DNA from: an uncultured Streptococcus sp.
GTDB lineage: Bacteria; Bacillota; Bacilli; Lactobacillales; Streptococcaceae
Direction: 5' to 3'
NCBI GenBank assembly: GCA_963548045.1
Contig: CAUUTJ010000002.1
Coordinates: 1,578 to 65,577, forward strand
DNA length: 64,000 nucleotides
Part shown: positions 56,378 through 64,000 of the stretch, in pieces
Position numbering within the stretch: the first letter of the stretch is position 1
How the letters are laid out: the number at the start of each line of letters is the position of its first letter
Notes under the pieces: model-generated
Databases searched by the model: none
What the model was told of the DNA's origin: nothing
What the model saw: only the letters and a program-made list of their open reading frames with translations
Program-made: the position numbers and the translations under genes

Positions 56378-57424
56378 ATGTCAACTATTGAAGAACAATT
56401 AAAAGCGCTTCGTGAAGAAACGCTAGCTAGCTTGAAGCAGATTACTGCTGAAAATGAAAAAGAGATGCAAGAATTGCGTGTCTCAGTCCTTGGGAAAAAA
56501 GGGTCACTGACTGAAATCCTTAAAGGGATGAAAGACGTTTCTGCAGAAATGCGTCCTGTTATCGGAAAACACGTAAATGAGGCTCGTGACGTCCTAACAG
56601 CTGCCTTTGAAGAAACAGCTAAGCTCTTGGAAGAAAAGAAGGTTGCAGCTCAACTAGCAAGTGAGAGCATCGATGTGACGCTTCCAGGTCGTCCAGTTGC
56701 GACTGGTCACCGTCACGTTCTCACACAAACTAGTGAAGAAATCGAAGATATCTTCATCGGTATGGGTTACCAAGTCGTGGATGGATTTGAAGTAGAACAA
56801 GACTACTACAACTTCGAGCGTATGAACCTTCCAAAAGACCACCCGGCCCGTGATATGCAGGATACTTTCTACATCACAGAAGAAATCTTGCTCCGTACCC
56901 ACACATCTCCAGTTCAAGCGCGTGCGATGGATGCCCATGACTTCTCTAAAGGTCCTTTGAAGATGATCTCACCAGGGCGTGTATTCCGTCGTGATACAGA
57001 CGATGCAACCCACAGTCACCAATTCCACCAAATCGAAGGCTTGGTTGTTGGGAAAAACATCTCTATGGCTGACCTTCAAGGAACTCTTCAGTTGATTGTG
57101 CAAAAAATGTTTGGTGAAGAGCGCCAGATTCGTCTGCGTCCATCTTACTTCCCATTCACAGAGCCTTCTGTTGAGGTGGACGTTTCATGCTTCAAGTGTG
57201 GAGGAGACGGCTGTAATGTATGTAAGAAAACTGGTTGGATCGAGATTATGGGTGCCGGTATGGTTCACCCACGTGTCCTTGAGATGAGTGGTATCGATGC
57301 GACTGTTTACTCTGGATTTGCCTTTGGTCTTGGTCAAGAACGTGTCGCTATGCTTCGTTACGGAATCAACGATATTCGTGGATTCTACCAAGGGGATGTC
57401 CGCTTCTCAGAACAGTTTAAATAA
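56378..57424 (+). CDS. pheS: Phenylalanine--tRNA ligase alpha subunit
   Basis: [23 protein letters not shown]. Confidence 0.97.
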   Translation: MSTIEEQLKALREETLASLKQITAENEKEMQELRVSVLGKKGSLTEILKGMKDVSAEMRPVIGKHVNEARDVLTAAFEETAKLLEEKKVAAQLASESIDVTLPGRPVATGHRHVLTQTSEEIEDIFIGMGYQVVDGFEVEQDYYNFERMNLPKDHPARDMQDTFYITEEILLRTHTSPVQARAMDAHDFSKGPLKMISPGRVFRRDTDDATHSHQFHQIEGLVVGKNISMADLQGTLQLIVQKMFGEERQIRLRPSYFPFTEPSVEVDVSCFKCGGDGCNVCKKTGWIEIMGAGMVHPRVLEMSGIDATVYSGFAFGLGQERVAMLRYGINDIRGFYQGDVRFSEQFK

Positions 57425-57554
57425 GATTAAAACCTGAAACACAATCCTATACAGTTCTGGTCATTTCCTCTCGGTGAGAAATGGCAAGAGCTTACTCGAA
57501 GAAAAAGAAAGGAATTGAAAAGGTCTCGATTGATGAGATCTTACAATCAGAATT

Positions 57555-59960
57555 ATGTTAGTATCATACAAATGGTTAAAAGAATTGGTGGACATTGATG
57601 TACCATCAGAGGAGTTGGCTGAAAAAATGTCAACCACAGGGATTGAAGTAGAAGGTGTCGAATCACCTGCTGCTGGTCTCTCAAAAATTGTCGTCGGAGA
57701 AGTCTTGTCTTGTGAAGATGTACCAGAAACACACTTGCATGTCTGCCAAGTCAATGTAGGTGAAGAAGAAGCCCGTCAAATCGTCTGTGGAGCACCAAAT
57801 GTGAGCGCAGGCATCAAGGTCATGGTAGCTCTTCCGGGTGCTCGCATCGCGGACAACTACAAGATTAAAAAAGGTAAAATCCGTGGTTTAGAGTCACTTG
57901 GAATGATCTGTTCGCTTGGTGAATTGGGTATTTCTGACTCAGTTGTACCTAAGGAATTCGCAGATGGGATCCAAATCTTGCCTCAAGATGCTGTTCCAGG
58001 GGATGAAGTCTTCTCCTACCTAGACTTGGATGATGAAATCATCGAACTTTCTATCACTCCAAACCGTGCAGACGCTCTTTCTATGCGTGGGGTAGCGTAT
58101 GAAGTAGCAGCGATTTATGACAAGTCAGTTAACTTTAAAGAATTTGCTCTTTCAGAAACAGACCAAGCTGCAGCCGATGCTCTTTCTGTCAGCATTGACT
58201 CAGACAAGGCGCCTTACTATGCAGCCCGTATCTTAGACGATGTGACCATCGCACCAAGTCCACAATGGTTGCAAAATCTTCTCATGAATGAAGGTATCCG
58301 TCCGATTAACAATGTCGTTGACGTGACCAACTACATCTTGCTTTACTTTGGTCAGCCTATGCATGCCTTTGACTTAGATACATTTGAAGGGACTGACATC
58401 CGTGTCCGTGAAGCGCGTGCTGGTGAAAAATTAGTAACCTTGGATGGTGAAGAGCGTGAGTTAGAAACAAACGACCTCGTCATCACTGTCGCTGACAAAC
58501 CAGTAGCCCTTGCAGGTGTTATGGGTGGTCAGGCTACAGAAATTTCTGAAAAGTCTAGTCGTGTAGTCCTTGAAGCCGCTGTCTTCAATGGCAAATCTAT
58601 CCGCAAGACCAGCGGTCGTCTCAACCTTCGTTCTGAATCTTCTTCTCGCTTTGAAAAAGGCATCAACGTGGCAACTGTCAATGAAGCTCTTGATGCAGCA
58701 GCGAGCATGATTGCAGAGCTTGCAGGTGCAACAGTGCGTAAGGGTATCGTTTCAGCAGGTCAGCTTGATACTTCAGATGTAGAAGTTTCTTCCACTCTTG
58801 CAGACGTTAACCGTGTCCTTGGGACTGATCTTACTTATGCCGATGTCGAAGATGTCTTCCGTCGCCTTGGATTTGGCCTTTCTGGAAATGCTGATTCCTT
58901 TACTGTGAGTGTTCCACGTCGCCGTTGGGACATCACTATTGAAGCTGATCTTTTTGAAGAAATCGCTCGTATCTACGGTTATGACCGCTTGCCAACCAGT
59001 CTTCCAAAAGACGATGGGACAGCAGGTGAGTTGACTGCGACACAAAAACTCCGTCGTCAAGTTCGTACTATCGCTGAAGGGGCTGGATTGACAGAAATCA
59101 TCACTTATGCTCTTACAACTCCTGAAAAAGCCGTTGAATTTACGACTGCCCCAAGCAACCTAACTGAGCTCATGTGGCCAATGACCGTGGATCGTTCAGT
59201 CCTCCGTCAAAATATGGTTTCTGGTATTTTGGATACAGTTGCCTACAATGTAGCTCGTAAGAACAAAGACTTGGCTCTTTACGAGATTGGAAAAGTATTC
59301 GAGCAAACAGGTAATCCAAAAGAAGACTTGCCAAATGAGATCAACAGCTTTGCCTTTGCTTTGACAGGTTTAGTCGCTGAAAAAGACTTCCAAACTGCAG
59401 CAACACCAGTTGATTTCTTCTATGCTAAGGGAATTCTTGAAGCCCTCTTTGCTCGCTTGGGTCTTGAAGTATCTTATACAGCAACCTCTGAAATCACTAG
59501 CCTCCACCCAGGACGTACAGCCTTGATTTCACTGGGGGATCAAGTCCTTGGTTTCCTTGGTCAAGTTCATCCTGTTACGGCTAAGGCTTATGATATTCCA
59601 GAAACTTATGTAGCTGAGCTTAACCTTTCAGCTATTGAGGCAGCCCTTCAACCAGCTACTCCATTTGTGGAAATTACTAAATTCCCAGCAGTCAGCCGTG
59701 ATATCGCCCTTCTCCTCAAAGCAGAAGTGACTCATCAAGATGTGGTAGACGCCATCAAAGCTGCTGGCGTGAAGCGTTTGACTGATATCAAACTCTTCGA
59801 TGTCTTCTCTGGCGAAAAACTAGGACTTGGTATGAAGTCAATGGCTTATACCTTGACCTTCCAAAATCCAGAAGATAGCTTGACCGACGAAGAAGTCGCA
59901 CGCTACATGGAAAAAATCCAAGCTTCTCTCGAAGAAAAAGTGAATGCAGAAGTGCGTTAA
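57555..59960 (+). CDS. pheT: Phenylalanine--tRNA ligase beta subunit
   Basis: [33 protein letters not shown]-terminus. Confidence 0.97.
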   Translation: MLVSYKWLKELVDIDVPSEELAEKMSTTGIEVEGVESPAAGLSKIVVGEVLSCEDVPETHLHVCQVNVGEEEARQIVCGAPNVSAGIKVMVALPGARIADNYKIKKGKIRGLESLGMICSLGELGISDSVVPKEFADGIQILPQDAVPGDEVFSYLDLDDEIIELSITPNRADALSMRGVAYEVAAIYDKSVNFKEFALSETDQAAADALSVSIDSDKAPYYAARILDDVTIAPSPQWLQNLLMNEGIRPINNVVDVTNYILLYFGQPMHAFDLDTFEGTDIRVREARAGEKLVTLDGEERELETNDLVITVADKPVALAGVMGGQATEISEKSSRVVLEAAVFNGKSIRKTSGRLNLRSESSSRFEKGINVATVNEALDAAASMIAELAGATVRKGIVSAGQLDTSDVEVSSTLADVNRVLGTDLTYADVEDVFRRLGFGLSGNADSFTVSVPRRRWDITIEADLFEEIARIYGYDRLPTSLPKDDGTAGELTATQKLRRQVRTIAEGAGLTEIITYALTTPEKAVEFTTAPSNLTELMWPMTVDRSVLRQNMVSGILDTVAYNVARKNKDLALYEIGKVFEQTGNPKEDLPNEINSFAFALTGLVAEKDFQTAATPVDFFYAKGILEALFARLGLEVSYTATSEITSLHPGRTALISLGDQVLGFLGQVHPVTAKAYDIPETYVAELNLSAIEAALQPATPFVEITKFPAVSRDIALLLKAEVTHQDVVDAIKAAGVKRLTDIKLFDVFSGEKLGLGMKSMAYTLTFQNPEDSLTDEEVARYMEKIQASLEEKVNAEVR

Positions 59961-60155
59961 AAATCTTCAATCCATCCCTTGGGATGGATTTTTTATCTTG
60001 GTAAATGCATAGTATTGGAAAGTTAAATAAATGTGAATTTTATTATTTTTTGTATAAAAAATTCCTAGTAAATTCTACCAATAAAAATGTACATAAATCC
60101 TTGTAATGTTTATTAAAAAGAGTATAATGAGGATAAGATTCGTAGGAGGTAGATT

Positions 60156-61049
60156 ATGTTAGAAATCCGCAATCTTGAAAAAAGTTTTGGACCTAAACAA
60201 GTTTTGTTTGGTGTAGATTGTCAAGCACGGTCAGGACGTATTTTGGGTCTAGTTGGGAAAAATGGAGCTGGGAAAACAACTATTTTCCACAGTATTTTGA
60301 AATTTTTGGATTATCAGGGAGAGATTCAGTTTGATGGCCAGGAAATCCGTCAGGAAACCTATGCTCGGATTGGCTATCTACCCGAAGAACGTAGTCTCAT
60401 GCCTAAGCTGACAGTCCTTGAACAAGTGCGTTATTTGGCAACATTAAAAGGCATGGATGCAAAAGAGGTCAAAGAAAAACTCCCTCAATGGATGGAAAAA
60501 CTGGAAGTTAAGGGAAAACTGACAGACAAAATTAAGAGCCTCTCAAAAGGGAATCAACAAAAGATTCAGCTGATCATTACTTTAATGCATGAACCAGATT
60601 TGATTATTCTCGATGAACCCTTTAGTGGTTTAGATCCAGTTAATACCGAGTTGCTCAAACAGGTTATCCTCAAAGAAAAAGAACGTGGAGCGACCATTAT
60701 CTTTTCTGACCATGTCATGACAAATGTCGAAGAGCTGTGTGATGATATCCTGATGATTCGTGATGGTCTTGTCGTCTTGCACGGACCAGTCCAAGATGTC
60801 CGTAATCAATACGGCAAAACTCGTCTCTTTGTTGCAAGTGAAAAGAGTCAGGAAGAGTTGGAAAAACTCCCACATGTCATTCATGCTGGATTGACCAAGC
60901 AGGGAATTTGGAAGCTCATCCTAGACGATGAAAATGCTGGACAGGAGCTCTTTGCTATCTTGACTCAAGGACACTATATTGCGACCTTTGACCAGCAAGC
61001 TCCGACAATCGATGAAATCTTTAAACTAGAATCAGGGGTGGAAGTATGA
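60156..61049 (+). CDS. ABC-2 exporter ATP-binding protein (YhaQ/NatA-like)
   Basis: GKNGAGKT, LSKGNQQK, LDEPFSGLDP. Confidence 0.92.
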   Translation: MLEIRNLEKSFGPKQVLFGVDCQARSGRILGLVGKNGAGKTTIFHSILKFLDYQGEIQFDGQEIRQETYARIGYLPEERSLMPKLTVLEQVRYLATLKGMDAKEVKEKLPQWMEKLEVKGKLTDKIKSLSKGNQQKIQLIITLMHEPDLIILDEPFSGLDPVNTELLKQVILKEKERGATIIFSDHVMTNVEELCDDILMIRDGLVVLHGPVQDVRNQYGKTRLFVASEKSQEELEKLPHVIHAGLTKQGIWKLILDDENAGQELFAILTQGHYIATFDQQAPTIDEIFKLESGVEV

Positions 61050-62245
61050 GAAATATGTTGGTTGTAATTAAAGAAACCTATCTGCGTCATGTTAAATCCT
61101 GGAGTTTTTTCTTTATGGTGATTTCGCCATTTCTCTTTATCGGTTTGTCAGGAGGAATTGGTTATCTCCAAGGTTCTTCCCTAACTCAGAATAATAAGGT
61201 GGCAGTTGTTAGTTCGGTGCCTGCTGTAACAGAGGGGCTTAAATCGACAAATGGCATTAACTTTGACTATAAGGATGAAGCGAGTGCCCAAGAAGCCATC
61301 AAGGATGAAAAAATAAAAGGGTATTTGACCATTGATCAAGAAGATAGTGTGCTAAAGGCAGTCTATCATGGGGATACTTCACTTGAAAATGGCATTAAGT
61401 TAGCTGTGACTGCTAAGATGAATGAACTTCAATCCCAACTCAACCGTTCAGAGGCACATTTATCTCAGGAACAGGAAAAACGTTTGGCACAAACAATTCA
61501 ATTCACAGAGCAGATTGATGGAGCCAAGGAAAATAAAAAAATGGTACAAACCTTTGCGGCAGCAGGACTAGGTTTATTTCTTTATATGATTTTGATTACC
61601 TATGCTAGTGTCACTGCCCAAGAGGTAGCTAGTGAAAAAGGGACCAAAATCATGGAAGTGGTCTTCTCAAGTATTCGTGCCAGCCACTATTTCTACGCAC
61701 GTATGATTGCCTTGCTTCTTGTTATTTTGACTCATATTGGTATCTATGTTGTTGGTGGACTTGGAGCAATCTTATTCTTTAAAGATATGCCCTTATTAGC
61801 AAATTCAGGTATTTTAAACCACTTAGGAGAAGCCTTTTCGGTCAATACCCTGTTGTTTGTCTTGGTTAGTCTTTTCATGTACGTTGTCTTGGCTGCCTTC
61901 TTAGGTTCGATGGTTTCTCGGCCTGAAGACTCTGGTAAAGCCTTGTCGCCTTTGATGCTTTTGATTATGGTAGGATTTATTGGAGTAACTGCCTTAGGAA
62001 CTTCAGGCGATAATTTAGTTTTGAAGATTGGTTCATATATCCCATTCATTTCAACTTTCTTTATGCCTTTTAGAGCTATTAATGGCTATGCAGGTAGTGT
62101 AGAAACTTGGATTTCGCTTGCTATAACAGTCATTTTTGCAGTAACTGCAACAGTCTTTATTGGACGTATGTATGCTAGCCTGGTCCTCCAGACGGATGAT
62201 TTAGGCGTCTGGAAAACCTTCAAACGAGCTTTGAGCTATAAATAA
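61046..62245 (+). CDS. ABC-2 exporter permease (YhaP/NatB-like)
   Basis: EVASEKGTKIME, SYIPF, multi-TM. Confidence 0.9.
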   Translation: MRNMLVVIKETYLRHVKSWSFFFMVISPFLFIGLSGGIGYLQGSSLTQNNKVAVVSSVPAVTEGLKSTNGINFDYKDEASAQEAIKDEKIKGYLTIDQEDSVLKAVYHGDTSLENGIKLAVTAKMNELQSQLNRSEAHLSQEQEKRLAQTIQFTEQIDGAKENKKMVQTFAAAGLGLFLYMILITYASVTAQEVASEKGTKIMEVVFSSIRASHYFYARMIALLLVILTHIGIYVVGGLGAILFFKDMPLLANSGILNHLGEAFSVNTLLFVLVSLFMYVVLAAFLGSMVSRPEDSGKALSPLMLLIMVGFIGVTALGTSGDNLVLKIGSYIPFISTFFMPFRAINGYAGSVETWISLAITVIFAVTATVFIGRMYASLVLQTDDLGVWKTFKRALSYK

Positions 62246-62320
62246 AGTATTAGACCTGTGAGCCTATCTCCCAGGTCTTTCAATTAGCTGAAATATTTCA
62301 CAATAATTTCTTCTAAACCT

Positions 62321-62349
62321 TTGACTAATAACGAAAATTATCGTACAAT
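62321..62349 (+). promoter_or_regulatory. SigA promoter of rpoE
   Basis: TTGACT-17nt-TACAAT. Confidence 0.75.
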
Positions 62350-62422
62350 AAAGAGTACATGATAAAATGAGACCAGAGTTTGTATGCTTTGGCGTTAGTA
62401 GTAAAAAATGAGGAGAAACGCT

Positions 62423-62998
62423 TTGGAATTAGAAGTATTTGCTGGGCAAGAAAAAAGTGAACTATCTATGATTGAGGTGGCTCGTGCCATCTTGGAACTC
62501 CGTGGTCGCGATCACGAAATGCATTTTAGCGATTTGGTCAATGAAATCCAAAACTATCTTGGCACCTCTAATAGTGATATTCGTGAAGCACTACCTTTGT
62601 TCTATACAGAATTGAACTTCGATGGTAGCTTTATCTCTCTTGGAGATAACAAATGGGGACTTCGTTCATGGTATGGAGTAGATGAAATTGACGAAGAAAT
62701 CATTGCGCTTGAGGAAAGTGATGATGAGGAAGTAGCTCCTAAAGCTAAGAAAAAACGCGTTAATGCCTTTATGGACGGAGATACTGATGCCATTGATTAT
62801 GGTGCAGATGATCCAGAAGATGAAGATGCCTACGAAGAAGATCCAGCTCTTTCTTACGATGATGAAAATCCAGATGATGAGAAGAACGAAGTAGAAGCAT
62901 ACGACGCTGAAATCAACGAAATTGCACCAGATGACCTTGGAGAAGATGTCGATCTTAATGAAGAAGATGACGAAGATTCTGAGGACGAAGAAGAATAA
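62423..62998 (+). CDS. rpoE: RNA polymerase delta subunit
   Basis: TTG start after [23 protein letters not shown], acidic tail. Confidence 0.95.
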   Translation: MELEVFAGQEKSELSMIEVARAILELRGRDHEMHFSDLVNEIQNYLGTSNSDIREALPLFYTELNFDGSFISLGDNKWGLRSWYGVDEIDEEIIALEESDDEEVAPKAKKKRVNAFMDGDTDAIDYGADDPEDEDAYEEDPALSYDDENPDDEKNEVEAYDAEINEIAPDDLGEDVDLNEEDDEDSEDEEE

Positions 62999-63086
62999 TA
63001 CAAAAAAGCAAGGAAAATTTCCTTGTTTTTTTAATGCTTGGCACATACTTGAAGGTAAGACACTAAAATCTGATAGTCAATTAGAT

Positions 63087-63175
63087 TTGACAAATGAGTC
63101 AAATTGAGGTAAGATATTGTTCGGGCACCTCTTTTAGAGGTCGGAGCTCCCTAGTTATTAGGGAGCTATTTTTGT
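63087..63175 (+). promoter_or_regulatory. pyrG promoter and CTP-sensing attenuator
   Basis: TTGACA-17nt-TAAGAT, predicted transcript start GGGC (63123), GCTCCC within terminator AGCTCCCTA/TAGGGAGCT+T; matches Firmicute pyrG reiterative-transcription attenuation. Confidence 0.85.
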
Positions 63176-63267
63176 TTTTCCGGGAATTTTTATCCTGGAT
63201 TGTGGTTATTGATGAAGGTCTTGTTTCCTATCTCCCCTATTAGTGAGCAGGATCTTGAGCATTTTAG

Positions 63268-64000
<733 letters not shown>

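Overview
Chromosomal window from a Mitis-group Streptococcus. It has a choline-binding protein and pneumococcus-like orthologues, but diverged sequences and gene order suggest a commensal (S. infantis/oralis/mitis-like). Most of it is core genome: amino-acid ABC transporter, uppP, dinB, pfl, clpL, luxS, aliA, pbp1a-recU, gpsB-rnpB-mapZ, gnd-ritR, mevalonate operon, liaFSR, tig, recD2-lepB-rnhC, mutS2, glycine-riboswitch symporter, pepV, brnQ, ldcB, T-box pheST, rpoE and a truncated pyrG. No IS, prophage, CRISPR, rRNA or tRNA was seen. Best leads: (1) a 547-aa membrane protein of unknown family with three gap-free alignable ~105-aa domains, directly behind a metallophosphoesterase; (2) a pheT ribosome-binding site split by a 34-nt hairpin; (3) a ~270-nt structured clpL leader with two CtsR arrays and a 29-aa small ORF; (4) no dexB-cps locus between luxS and aliA; (5) an XRE plus membrane-protein operon with two visible palindromic operators. 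All family calls are from motif recognition, not database searches.
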